NCBI RefSeq assembly: GCF_009914755.1
Contig: NC_060948.1
Length of the DNA: 64,000 nt
Origin: the human T2T-CHM13v2.0 reference genome, Homo sapiens
Strand: one strand, 5' to 3'
Shown here: positions 18,814-38,152 of the stretch, one piece after another
How the letters are laid out: every line of letters begins with the position of its first letter
Position numbering within the stretch: the stretch's first letter is position 1
The notes under the pieces: generated by a model
Told to the model about the DNA's origin: nothing
What the model saw: only the letters and a program-made list of their open reading frames with translations
The model's database searches: none
Translations under genes and position numbers: made by a program

Positions 18814-20920
18814 AGATCCATATTTTTTAAATGAAAAAAAATTTCAAAGGTACTCTGCTTGGTACAATAATCAAATGTATAAACTGAGGAATAAAACATA
18901 ACCATGAAACCTACTTATAACTGCATATGGAAAATACAGAGGATAATTTTTTAAATAACATATTTTGAAAGCCTTAACTAGTAATTTGAAGAGTTGGCAT
19001 TTGTAAGGCCAGTATGAATATACCTTCAAAGCAGCAACACAGGTTCCCCATGAGAAACAGCAAACCCAGGGAAAATAAAACCAAAAAGGATCAATCTCTT
19101 CTGACCTTTGAAAGACACAGCACAGACAGTGGTCCTTAGGACGAAGAGCAGGAGACCCCTAATTCCGTCACCATGGCGATAGGGCATAAACATTGCTGGG
19201 TGAGGGCACAATCCACATTGAGAGGTCCAACTGCTGCCAGGAAGACAGGAGTGCTTTTACATAGACCGAAAGGTCATTGAAGGCTCAGAGTTTTGTTTCA
19301 AGAACTGAATCCCAAGCCCACACGTTATTAGGCTGCGCTTCTTAAAACAAGTTATGAGATGGGAAAAAGGGCACCCACAAACATACGTATACATTATGTA
19401 TATAATAATATACAGTATCATATATATAATATATATAACCTATGTATAATATTGTTTTACATCCTGCATCTTATATTTTATATATTGTCTAAAATATAAT
19501 AATTGATAATATATAAGTTTTATATTTATACAATATGACATATAGTATATATTATAATTTATGACATATATAATATATGTTATATATCATATATAGAATA
19601 TATTATACGCTTAATATACGTATTAAATATAAATTATACATTATATATATTATATATAATATATCTGTTATATATAATACCCATTATGCATAATATGTAT
19701 ATTATGTGTATGTTATATATAGTATAAAACAACATATAATAATATATAGTTGTATATATAAAATGCGACATATAATATATATTATATTTTATGACATATG
19801 TAATATATATTATATATTATATATAATACGTTGTATGTATAATACCTATATTAAATATATATTATATGACTATGTTATTAATTACATGTCACATGGGTTA
19901 TATATTATATATTTTACATAGAATATACCGGTTACATACAATATATACTATGTTACCTATAATGTATAATTGATTACATGTAAAATAAAGAATGCAATAT
20001 ATTATGTATAATTTATAATACACAATATGTGGAATGTGATATACATAACATATAATATATGATATATGATATACAGTATATGATATATAACATACAATAT
20101 ATGATACCTAGTATATATGGTATACAATATATATTTTATGATATGTATTCTATATGTTTTATATTCTGTTATATATAACTATTTGAAATTATATATAATT
20201 GTATAATATTTTATGTAAATATGTAATATAATATATATAACTATATAATATATTATATATAACTATATATAATGTTATATATACTTTTATATCATAATTT
20301 ACATAAAATGTCATAATATAATATATATTATATTATTTCAAATTACATAATATATATTACATATCACCCAATATAAGTAACATACATAATATTATAATAT
20401 AGATTATATTATGTTATGTTAAATATCATATATATCATGTATCATATATACTATAATATATATTATACATTATATATTATGTATGTTGTCTATTATGTGA
20501 TATATATAACTATATATTATATTATTATACATATAACTAGATAAACATGTAATTCTACATATTTTCATTTATAATATATAGAATTATATAATCATATATA
20601 ATTATTTATATTCTATAAAAAATTATATCATTATATAAATTATAATATAAAAAAATTATAATATGTACTACAAATATATATATTATATATCATATATGAT
20701 ATAGTACCTTTGTTATATATCATAATACATATAAATGTGTATTATGTTATCTATAATTATATAATTTCATATATAAGATGTATAATATGTATTATATATT
20801 GTATATGTTATGTAATATATATAGTATATATAAGCTGACACAGGATAAATATTATATACTATGACATATAAAATATATGAGGTTATATGTTACATATAAG
20901 GCATAGCACATAACATGTAA

Positions 20921-21227
<307 letters not shown>

Positions 21228-23337
21228 AGATCCATATTTTTTAAATGAAAAAAAATTTCAAAGGTACTCTGCTTGGTACAATAATCAAATGTATAAACTG
21301 AGGAATAAAACATAACCATGAAACCTACTTATAACTGCATATGGAAAATACAGAGGATAATTTTTTAAATAACATATTTTGAAAGCCTTAACTAGTAATT
21401 TGAAGAGTTGGCATTTGTAAGGCCAGTATGAATATACCTTCAATGCAGCAACACATGTTCCCCATGAGAAAAAGCAAACTCAGGGAAAATAAAACCACAA
21501 AGGTTCAATCTCTTCTGACCTTTGAAAGACACAGCACAGACAGTGGTCCTTAGGACGAAGAGCAGGAGACCCCTAATTCCGTCACCATGGCGATAGGGCA
21601 TAAACATTGCTGGGTGAGGGCACAATCCACATTGTGAGGTCCAACTGCTGCCAGGAAGACAGGAGTGCTTTTACATAGACCAAAAGGTCATTGAAGGCTC
21701 AGAGTTTTGTTTCAAGAACTGAATCCCAAGCCCACACGTTATTAGGCTGCGCTTCTTAAAACAAGTTATGAGATGGGAAAAAGGGCACCCACAAACATAC
21801 GTATACATTATGTATATAATAATATACAGTATCATATATATAATATATATAACCTATGTATAATATTGTTTTACATCCTGCATCTTATATTATATATATT
21901 GTCTAAAATATAATAATTGATAATATATAAGTTTTATATTTATACAATATGACATATAGTATATATTATAATTTATGACATATATAATATATGTTATATA
22001 TCATATATAGAATATATTATACGGTTAATATACGTATTAAATATAAATTATACATTATATATATTATATATAATATATCTGTTATATATAATACCCATTA
22101 TGCATAATATGTATATTATGTCTATGTTATATATAGTATAAAACAACATATAATAATATATAATTGTATATATAAAATGCGACATATAATATATATTATA
22201 TTTTATGACATATGTAATATATATTATATATTATATATAATACGTTGTATGTATAATACCTATATTAAATATATATTATATGACTATGTTATTCATTACA
22301 TGTCACATGTGTTATATATTATATATTTTACATAGAATATACCGGTTACATACAATATATACTATGTTACCTATAATGTATAATTGATTACATGTAAAAT
22401 AAAGAATGCAATATATTATGTATAATTTATAATATACAATATGTGGAATGTGATATATATAACATATAATATATGATATATGATATACAGTATATGATAT
22501 ATAACATACAATATATGATACCTAGTATATATGGTATACAATATATATTTTATGATATGTATTCTATATGTTTTATATTCTGTTATATATAACTATTTGA
22601 AATTATATATAACTGTATAATATTTTATGTAAATATGTAATATTATATATATAACTATATAATATATTATATATAACTATATATTATGTTATATATACTT
22701 TTATATCATAATTTACATAAAATGTCATAAAATAATATATATTATATTATTTCATATTACATAATATATATTACATATCACCCAATATAAGTAACATACA
22801 TAATATTATAATATAGATTATATTATGTTATGTTAAATATCATATATATCATGTATCATATATTCTATAATATATATTATACATTATATAATATGTATGA
22901 TGTCTATTATGTGATATATATAACTATATATTATTATATTATTATACATATAACTAGATAAACATGTAATTCTACATATTTTCATTTATAATATATAGAA
23001 TTATATAATCATATATAATTATTTATATTCTATAAAAAATTATATCATTATATAAATTATAATATAAAAAAATTATAATATGTACTACAAATATATATAT
23101 TATATATCATATATGATATAGTACCTTTGTTATATATCGTAATACATATAAATGTGTATTATGTTATCTATAATTATATAATTTCATATATAAGATGTAT
23201 AATATGTATTATGTATTGTATATGTTATGTAATGTATATAGTATATATAAGCTGACACAGGATAAATATTATATACTATGACATATAAAATATATGAGGT
23301 TATATGTTACATATAAGGCATAGCACATAACATGTAA

Positions 23338-23644
<307 letters not shown>

Positions 23645-25754
23645 AGATCCATATTTTTTAAATGAAAAAAAATTTCAAAGGTACTCTGCTTGGTACAATA
23701 ATCAAATGTATAAACTGAGGAATAAAACATAACCATGAAACCTACTTATAACTGCATATGGAAAATACAGAGGATAATTTTTTAAATAACATATTTTGAA
23801 AGCCTTAACTAGTAATTTGAAGAGTTGGCATTTGTAAGGCCAGTATGAATATACCTTCAATGCAGCAACACATGTTCCCCATGAGAAAAAGCAAACTCAG
23901 GGAAAATAAAACCACAAAGGTTCAATCTCTTCTGACCTTTGAAAGACACAGCACAGACAGTGGTCCTTAGGACGAAGAGCAGGAGACCCCTAATTCCGTC
24001 ACCATGGCGATAGGGCATAAACATTGCTGGGTGAGGGCACAATCCACATTGTGAGGTCCAACTGCTGCCAGGAAGACAGGAGTGCTTTTACATAGACCAA
24101 AAGGTCATTGAAGGCTCAGAGTTTTGTTTCAAGAACTGAATCCCAAGCCCACACGTTATTAGGCTGCGCTTCTTAAAACAAGTTATGAGATGGGAAAAAG
24201 GGCACCCACAAACATACGTATACATTATGTATATAATAATATACAGTATCATATATAAAATATGTATAACCTATGTATAATATTGTTTTACATCCTGCAT
24301 CTTATATTATATATATTGTATAAAATATAATAATTGATAATATATAAGTTTTATATTTATACAATATGACATATAGTATATATTATACTTTATGACATAT
24401 ATAATATATGTTATATATCATATATAGAATATATTATACGGTTAATATACGTATTAAATATAAATTATACATTATATATATTATATAAAATATATCTGTT
24501 ATATATAATACCCATTATGCATAATATATATATTATGTCTATGTTATATATAGTATAAAACAACATATAATAATATATAATTGTATATATAAAATGCGAC
24601 ATATAATATATATTATATTTTATGACATATGTAATATATATTATATATTATATATAATACGTTGTATGTATAATACCTATGTTAAATATATATTATATGA
24701 CTATGTTATTAATTACATGTCACATATGTTATATATTATATATTTTACATAGAATATACCGGTTACATACAATATATACTATGTTACCTATAATGTATAA
24801 TTGATTACATGTAAAATAAAGAATGCAATATATTATGTATAATTTATAATATACAATATGTGGAATGTGATATATATAACATATAATATATGATATATGA
24901 TATACAGTATATGATATATAACATACAATATATGATACCTAGTATATATGGTATACAATATATATTTTATGATATGTATTCTATATGTTTTATATTCTGT
25001 TATATATAACTATTTGAAATTATATATAACTGTATAATATTTTATGTAAATATGTAATATTATATATATAACTATATAATATATTATATATAACTATATA
25101 TTATGTTATATATACTTTTATATCATAATTTACATAAAATGTCATAAAATAATATATATTATATTATTTCATATTACATAATATATATTACATATCACCC
25201 AATATAAGTAACATACATAATATTATAATATAGATTATATTATGTTATGTTAAATATCATATATATCATGTATCATATATTCTATAATATATATTATACA
25301 TTATATAATATGTATGATGTCTATTATGTGATATATATAACTATATATTATTATATTATTATACATATAACTAGATAAACATGTAATTCTACATATTTTC
25401 ATTTATAATATATAGAATTATATAATCATATATAATTATTTATATTCTATAAAAAATTATATCATTATATAAATTATAATATAAAAAAATTATAATATGT
25501 ACTACAAATATATATATTATATATCATATATGATATAGTACCTTTGTTATATATCGTAATACATATAAATGTGTATTATGTTATCTATAATTATATAATT
25601 TCATATATAAGATGTATAATATGTATTATGTATTGTATATGTTATGTAATGTATATAGTATATATAAGCTGACACAGGATAAATATTATATACTATGACA
25701 TATAAAATATATGAGGTTATATGTTACATATAAGGCATAGCACATAACATGTAA

Positions 25755-26061
<307 letters not shown>

Positions 26062-28189
26062 AGATCCATATTTTTTAAATGAAAAAAAATTTCAAAGGTA
26101 CTCTGCTTGGTACAATAATCAAATGTATAAACTGAGGAATAAAACATAACCATGAAACCTACTTATAACTGCATATGGAAAATACAGAGGATAATTTTTT
26201 AAATAACATATTTTGAAAGCCTTAACTAGTAATTTGAAGAGTTGGCATTTGTAAGGCCAGTATGAATATACCTTCAATGCAGCAACACATGTTCCCCATG
26301 AGAAAAAGCAAACTCAGGGAAAATAAAACCACAAAGGTTCAATCTCTTCTGACCTTTGAAAGACACAGCACAGACAGTGGTCCTTAGGACGAAGAGCAGG
26401 AGACCCCTAATTCCGTCACCATGGCGATAGGGCATAAACATTGCTGGGTGAGGGCACAATCCACATTGTGAGGTCCAACTGCTGCCAGGAAGACAGGAGT
26501 GCTTTTACATAGACCAAAAGGTCATTGAAGGCTCAGAGTTTTGTTTCAAGAACTGAATCCCAAGCCCACACGTTATTAGGCTGCGCTTCTTAAAACAAGT
26601 TATGAGATGGGAAAAAGGGCACCCACAAACATACGTATACATTATGTATATAATAATATACAGTATCATATATAAAATATGTATAACCTATGTATAATAT
26701 TGTTTTACATCCTGCATCTTATATTATATATATTGTATAAAATATAATAATTGATAATATATAAGTTTTATATTTATACAATATGACATATAGTATATAT
26801 TATACTTTATGACATATATAATATATGTTATATATCATATATAGAATATATTATACGGTTAATATACGTATTAAATATAAATTATACATTATATATATTA
26901 TATAAAATATATCTGTTATATATAATACCCATTATGCATAATATATATATTATGTCTATGTTATATATAGTATAAAACAACATATAATAATATATAATTG
27001 TATATATAAAATGCGACATATAATATATATTATATTTTATGACATATGTAATATATATTATATATTATATATAATACGTTGTATGTATAATACCTATGTT
27101 AAATATATATTATATGACTATGTTATTAATTACATGTCACATATGTTATATATTATATATTTTACATAGAATATACCGGTTACATACAATATATACTATG
27201 TTACCTATAATGTATAATTGATTACATGTAAAATAAAGAATGCAATATATTATGTATAATTTATAATATACAATATGTGGAATGTGATATATATAACATA
27301 TAATATATGATATATGATATACAGTATATGATATATAACATACAATATATGATACCTAATATATATGGTATACAATATATATTTTAAGATATGCATTCTA
27401 TATGTTTTATATTCTGTTATATATAACTATTTGAAATTATATAGAACTGTATAATATTTTATGTAAATATGTAATATAATATATATAACTATATAATATA
27501 TTATATATAACTATATATTATGTTATATATACTTTTATAACATAATTTACATAAAATGTCATAATATAATATATATTATATTATTTCACATTACATAATA
27601 TATATTACATATCACCCAATATAAGTAACATACATAATATTATAATATAGATTATATTATGTTATATTAAATATCATATATATCATGTATCATATATTCT
27701 ATAATATATATTACACATTATATAATATGTATGTTGTCTATTTTGTGATATATAAAACTATATATATAATTATATTATTATACATATAACTAGATAAACA
27801 TGTAATTCTACATATTTTCATTTGTAATATATAGAATTATATAATCATATATAATTATTTATATTCTATAAAAAATTATATCATTATATAAATTATAATA
27901 TAAAAAAATTATAATATGTACTACAAATATACATATTATATATCATATATGATATAGTACCTTTGTTATATATCATAATACATATAAATGTGTATTATGT
28001 TATCTATAATTATATAATTTCATATATAAGATGTATAATATGTATTATATATTGTCTATGTTATGTAATATATATAGTATATGTAAGCTGACACAGAATA
28101 AATATTATATACTACGACATATAAAATATATGAGGTTATATGTTACATATAAGGCATAGCACATAACATGTAATATATATCATATATAA

Positions 28190-28481
<292 letters not shown>

Positions 28482-30585
28482 AGATCCATATTTTTTAAAT
28501 GAAAAAAAATTTCAAAGGTACTCTGCTTGGTACAATAATCAAATGTATAAACTGAGGAATAAAACATAACCATGAAACCTACTTATAACTGCATATGGAA
28601 AATACAGAGGATAATTTTTTAAATAACATATTTTGAAAGCCTTAACTAGTAATTTGAAGAGTTGGCATTTGAAAGGCCAGTATGAATATACCTTCAAAGC
28701 AGCAACACAGGTTCCCCATGAGAAAAAGCAAACTCAGGGAAAATAAAACCACAAAGGTTCAATCTCTTCTGACCTTTGAAAGACACAGCACAGACAGTGG
28801 TCCTTAGGACGAAGAGCAGGAGACCCCTAATTCCGTCACCATGGCGATAGGGCATAAACATTGCTGGGTGAGGGCACAATCCACATTGAGAGGTCCAACT
28901 GCTGCCAGGAAGACGGGAGTGCTTTTACATAGACCGAAATGTCATTGAAGGCTCAGAGTTTTGTTTCAAGAACTGAATCCCAAGCCCACACGTTAGTAGG
29001 CTGCGCTTCTTAAAACAAGTTATTAGATGGGAAAAAGGGCACCCACAAACATACGTATACATTATGTATATAATAATATACAGTATCATATATATAATAT
29101 ATATAACCTATGTATAATATTGTTTTACATCCTGCATCTTATATTATATATATTGTATAAAATATAAAATTCATAATACATAACGTTTATATTTATAAAA
29201 TATGACATATAGTATATATTATAATTTATGACATATATAATATATGTTATATATCATATATAGAATATATTATACGGTTAATATACATATTAAATATAAA
29301 TTATACATTATATATATTATATAAAATATATCTGTTATATATAATACCCTTTATACATAATATATATATTATGTCTATGTTATATATAGTATAAAACAAC
29401 ATATAATAATATATAATTGTATATATAAAATGCGACATATAATATATATTATATTTTATGACATATGTAATATATATTATATATTATATATAATACGTTG
29501 TATGTATAATACCTATATTAAATATATATTATATGACTATGTTATTAATTACATGTCACATATGTTATATATTATATATTTTACATAGAATATACCGGTT
29601 ACATACAATATATACTATGTTACCTATAATGTATAATTGATTACATGTAAAATAAAGAATGCAATATATTATGTATAATTTATAATATACAATATGTGGA
29701 ATGTGATATATATAACATATAATATATGATATATGATATACAGTATATGATATATAACACACAATATATGATACCTAATATATATGGTATACAATATATA
29801 TTTTATGATATGTATTCTGTATGTTTTATATTCTGTTATATATAACTATTTGAAATTATATATAACTGTATAATATTTTATGTAAATATGTAATAAAATA
29901 TATATAACTATATAATATATTATATATAACTATATATTATGTTATATATACTTTTATAACATAATTTACATTAAATATCATAATATAATATATATTATAT
30001 TATTTCACATTACATAATATATATTACATATCACCCAATATAAGTAGCATACATAATATTATAATATAGATTATATTATGTTATATTAAATATCATATAT
30101 ATCATGTATCATATATTCTATAATATATATTACAAATTATATAATATGTATGTTGTCTATTATGTGATATATATAACTATATATATAATTATATTATTAT
30201 ACATATAACTAGATAAACATGAAATTCTACATATTTTCATTTATAATATATAGAATTATATAATCATATATAATTATTTATATTCTATAAAAAATTATAT
30301 CATTATATAAATTATAATATATAAAAATTATAATATGTACTACAAATATATATATTATATATCATATATGATATAGTACCTTTGTTATATATCATAATAC
30401 ATATAAATGTGTATTATGTTATCTACAATTATATAATTTCATATATAAGATATATAATATGTATTATATATTGTATATGCTATGTAATATATATAGTATA
30501 TATAAGCTGACACAGGATAAATATTATATACTATGACATATAAAATATATGAGGTTATATGTTACATATAAGGCATAGCACATAA

Positions 30586-30900
<315 letters not shown>

Positions 30901-33023
30901 AGATCCATATTTTGTAAATGGAAAACAATTTCAAAAGTACTCTGCTTGGTACAATAATCAAATGTATAAACTGAGGAATGAAACATAACCATGAAACCTA
31001 CTTATAACTGCATATGGAAAATACTGAGGATAATTTTTTATATAACATATTTTGAAAGCCTTAACTAGTAATTTGAAGAGTTGGCATTTGAAAGGCCAGT
31101 ATGAATATACCTTCAAAGCAGCAACACAGGTTCCCCATGAGAAAAAGCAAACTCAGGGAAAATAAAACCACAAAGGTTCAATCTCTTCTGACCTTTGAAA
31201 GACACAGCACAGACAGTGGTCCTTAGGACGAAGAGCAGGAGACCCCTAATTCCGTCACCATGGTGATAGGACATAAACATTGCTGGGTGAGGGCACAATC
31301 CACATTGTGAGGTCCAACTGCTGCCAGGAAGACAGGACTGCTTTTACATAGACCGAAAGGTCATTGAAGGCTCAGAGTTTTGTTTCAAGAACTGAATCCC
31401 AAGCCCACATGTTATTAGGCTGCGCTTCTTAAAACAAGTTATTAGATGGGAAAAAGGGCACCCACAAACATACGTATACATTATGTATATAATAATATAC
31501 AGTATCATATATATAATATATATAACCTATGTATAATATTGTTTTACATCCTGCATCTTATATTATATATATTGTCTAAAATATAATAATTGATAATATA
31601 TAAGTTTTATATTTATACAATATGACATATAGTATATAGTATAATTTATGACATATATAATATATGTTATATATCATATATAGAATATATTATACGGTTA
31701 ATATACGTATTAAATATAAATTATACATTCTATATATTATATATAATATATCTGTTATATATAATACCCATTATGCATAATATATATATTATGTCTATGT
31801 TATATATAGTATAAAACAACATATAATAATATATAATTGTATATATAAAATGCGACATATAATATATATTTTATTTTATGACATATGTAATATATATTAT
31901 ATATTATATATAATATGTTGTATGTATAATACCTATATTAAATATATATTATATGACTATGTTATTAATTACATGTCACATATGTTATATATTATATATT
32001 TTACATAGAATATACCGGTTACATACAATTTATACTATGTTACCTATAATGTATAATTGATTACATGTAAAATAAAGAATGCAATATATTATGTATAATT
32101 TATAATATACAATATGTGGAATGTGATATATATAACATATAATATATGATGTATGATATACAGTATATGATATATAACATACAATATATGATACCTAATA
32201 TATATGGTATACAATATATATTTTATGATATGTATTCTATATGTTTTATATTCTGTTATATATAACTATTTGAAATTATATATAACTGTATATTTTATGT
32301 AAATATGTAATATAATATATATAACTATATAATATATTATATATAATTATATATTATGTTATATATACTTTTATAACATAATTTACATAAAATGTCATAA
32401 TATAATATATATTATATTATTTCACATTACATAATATATATTACATATCACCCAATATAAGTAACATACATAATATTATAATATAGATTATATTATGTTA
32501 TATTAAATATCATATATATCATGTATCATATATTCTATAATATATATTACACATTATATAATATGTATGTTGTCTATTATGTGATATATATAACTATATA
32601 TAATTATATTATTATACATATAACTAGATAAACATGTAATTCTACATATTTTCATTTATAATATATAGAATTATATAATCATATATAATTATTTATATTC
32701 TATAAAAAATTATATCTTTATATAAATTATAATATAAAAAAATTATAATATGTACTACAAACATATATATTATATATCATATATGATATAGTACCTTTGT
32801 TATATATCATAATACATATAAATGTGTATTATGTTATCTATAATTATATAATTTCATATATAAGATGTATAATATGTATTTTATATTGTATATGTTATGT
32901 AAAATATATAGTATATATAAGCTGACACAGGATAAATATTATATACTATGACATATAAAATATATGAGGTTATATGTTACATATAAGGCATAGCACATAA
33001 CATGTAATATATATCATATATAA

Positions 33024-33315
33024 TTTTTTTTTAGACAGAGTCTTGTCGTGCTGCACATGGTGGAGTACAATGGCGCCATCTTTCCTCACTGCAACATTTG
33101 CCTCACGGGTCCAAGCGATTGTCCTCCCTCAACCTCTCAGGTAGCTGGGAGTACACCACACTGGGACTACACCAGCTGCCACCATGCCTACCTAATTTTT
33201 TGGATTTTTAGTAGTGACAGCGTTTCACTGTATTGGCCAGGATGGTCTTGATCTCTTCACCTTGTGATCCCCTTGCCTTGGCCTCCAAATTTGCTGGGAT
33301 TACAGGCCTGAGCCA
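33024..33315 (-). mobile_element. Alu, unit 14
   Basis: Same Alu as unit 1. Confidence 0.93.
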
Positions 33316-35411
33316 AGATCCATATTTTTTAAATGAAAAAAAATTTCAAAGGTACTCTGCTTGGTACAATAATCAAATGTATAAACTGAGGAATAAAACA
33401 TAACCATGAAACCTACTTATAACTGCATATGGAAAATACAGAGGATAATTTTTTAAATAACATATTTTGAAAGCCTTAACTAGTAATTTGAAGAGTTGGC
33501 ATTTGAAAGGCCAGTATGAATATACCTTCAAAGCAGCAACACAGGTTCCCCATGAGAAACAGCAAACTCAGGGAAAATAAAACCACAAAGGTTCAAGCTC
33601 TTCTGACCTCTGAAAGACACAGCACAGACAGTGGTCCTTAGGACGAAGAGCAGGAGACCCCTAATTCCGTCACCATGGCGATAGGGCATAAACATTGCTG
33701 GGTGAGGGCACAATCCACATTGTGAGGTCCAACTGCTGCCAGGAAGACAGGAGTGCTTTTACATAGACCGAAAGGTCATTGAAGGCTCAGAGTTTTGTTT
33801 CAAGAACTGAATCCCAAGCCCACACGTTATTAGGCTGCGCTTCGTAAAACAAGCTATGAGATGGGAAAAAGGGCACCCACAAACATACGTATACATTATG
33901 TATATAATAATATACAGTATCATATATATAATATATATAACCTATGTATAATATTGTTTTACATCCTGCATCTTATATTATATATATTGTCTAAAATATA
34001 ATAATTGATAATATATAAGTTTTATATTTATACAATATGACATATAGTATATATTATAATTTATGACATATATAATATATGTTATATATCATATATAGAA
34101 TATATTATACGGTTAATATACGTATTAAATATAAATTATACATTATATATATTATATATAATATATCTGTTATATATAATACCCATTATGCATAATATGT
34201 ATATTATGTCTATGTTATATATAGTATAAAACAACATATAATAATATATATTTGTATATATAAAATGCGACATATAATATATATTATATTTTATGACATA
34301 TGTAATATATATTATATATTATATATAATACGTTGTATGTATAATACCTATATTAAATATATATTATATGACTATGTTATTAATTACATGTCACATGTGT
34401 TATATATTATATATTTTACATAGAATATACCGGTTACATACAATATATACTATGTTACCTATAATGTATAATTGATTACATGTAAAATAAAGAATGCAAT
34501 ATATTATGTATAATTTATAATATACAATATGTGGAATGTGATATATATAACATATAATATATGATATATGATATACAGTATATGATATATAACATACAAT
34601 ATATGATACCTAGTATATATGGTATACAATATATATTTTATGATATGTATTCTATATGTTTTATATTCTGTTATATATAACTATTTGAAATTATATATAA
34701 CTGTATAATATTTTATGTAAATATGTAATATAATATATATAACTATATAATATATTATATATAACTATATATTATGTTATATATACTTTTATATCATAAT
34801 TTACATAAAATGTCATAATATAATATATATTATATTATTTCATATTACATAATATATATTACATATCACCCAATATAAGTAACATACATAATATTATAAT
34901 ATAGATTATATTATGTTATGTTAAATATCATATATATCATGTATCATATATTCTATAATATATATTATACATTATATAATATGTATGTTGTCTATTATGT
35001 GATATATATAACTATATATTATTATATTATTATACATATAACTAGATAAACATGCAATTCTACATATTTTCATTTATAATATATAGAATTATATAATCAT
35101 ATATAATTATTTATATTCTATAAAAAATTATATCATTATATAAATTATAATATAAAAAAATTATAATATGTACTACAAATATATATATTATATATCATAT
35201 ATGATATAGTACCTTTGTTATATATCATAATACATATAAATGTGTATTATGTTATCTATAATTATATAATTTCATATATAAGATGTATAATATGTATTAT
35301 ATATTGTATATGTTATGTAATATATATAGTATATATAAGCTGACACAGGATAAATATTATATACTATGACATATAAAATATATGAGGTTATATGTTACAT
35401 ATAAGGCATAG

Positions 35412-35732
<321 letters not shown>

Positions 35733-37860
35733 AGATCCATATTTTTTAAATGAAAAAAAATTTCAAAGGTACTCTGCTTGGTACAATAATCAAATGTATA
35801 AACTGAGGAATAAAACATAACCATGAAACCTACTTATAACTGAATACGGAAAATACAGAGGATAATTTTTTAAATAACATATTTTGAAAGCCTTAACTAG
35901 TAATTTGAAGAGTTGGCATTTGTAAGGCCAGTATGAATATACCTTCAAAGCAACAACACAGGTTCCCCATGAGAAAAAGCAAACTCAGGGAAAATAAAAC
36001 CACAAAGGTTCAATCTCTTCTGACCTTTCAAAGACACAGCACAGACAGTGGTCCTTAGGACGAAGAGCAGGAGACCCCTAATTCCGTCACCATGGCGATA
36101 GGGCATAAACATTGCTGGGTGAGGGCACAATCCACATTGTGAGGTCCAACTGCTGCCAGGAAGACAGGAGTGCTTTTACATAGACCGAAAGGTCATTGAA
36201 GGCTCAGAGTTTTGTTTCAAGAACTGAATCCCAAGCCCACACGTTATTAGGCTGCGCTTCTTAAAACAAGTTATGAGATGGGAAAAAGGGCACCCACAAA
36301 CATACGTATACATTATGTATATAATAATATACAGTATCATATATAAAATATATATAACCTATGTATAATATTGTTTTACATCATGCATCTTATATTATAT
36401 ATATTGTATAAAATATAATAATTGATAATATATAAGTTTTATATTTATACAATATGACATATAGTATATATTATACTTTATGACATATATAATATATGTT
36501 ATATATCATATATAGAATATATTATACGGTTAATATACGTATTAAATATAAATTATACATTATATATATTATATAAAATATATCTGTTATATATAATACC
36601 CATTATGCATAATATATATATTATGTCTATGTTATATATAGTATAAAACAACATATAATAATATATAATTGTATATATAAAATGCGACATATAATATATA
36701 TTATATTTTATGACATATGTAATATATATTATATATTATATATAATACGTTGTATGTATAATACCTATATTAAATATATATTATATGACTATGTTATTAA
36801 TTACATGTCACATATGTCATATATTATATATTTTACATAGAATATACCAGTTACATACAATATATACTATGTTACCTATAATGTATAATTGATTACATGT
36901 AAAATAAAGAATGCAATATATTATGTATAATTTATAATATACAATATGTGGAATGTGATATATATAACATATAATATATGATATATGATATACAGTATAT
37001 GATATATAACATACAATATATGATACCTAATATATATGGTATACAATATATATTTTATGATATGTATTCTATGTGTTTTATATTCTGTTATATATAACTA
37101 TTTGAAATTATATATAACTGTATAATATTTTATGTAAATATGTAATATAATATATATAACTATATAATATATTATATATAACTATATATTATGTTATATA
37201 TACTTTTATAACATAATTTACAAAAAATGTCATAATATAATATATATTATATTATTTCACATTACATAATATATATTACATATCACCCAATATAAGTAAC
37301 ATACATAATATTATAATATAGATTATATTATGTTATATTAAATATCATATATATCATGTATCATATATTCTATAATATATATTACACATTATATAATATG
37401 TATGTTGTCTATTTTGTGATATATAAAACTATATATATAATTATATTATTATACATATAACTAGATAAACATGTAATTCTACATATTTTCATTTGTAATA
37501 TATAGAATTATATAATCATATATAATTATTTATATTCTATAAAAAATTATATCATTATATAAATTATAATATAAAAAAATTATAATATGTACTACAAATA
37601 TACATATTATATATCATATATGATATAGTACCTTTGTTATATATCATAATACATATAAATGTGTATTATGTTATCTATAATTATATAATTTCATATATAA
37701 GATGTATAATATGTATTATATATTGTCTATGTTATGTAATATATATAGTATATGTAAGCTGACACAGGATAAATATTATATACTATGACATATAAAATAT
37801 ATGAGGTTATATGTTACATATAAGGCATAGCACATAACATGTAATATATATCATATATAA

Positions 37861-38152
<292 letters not shown>
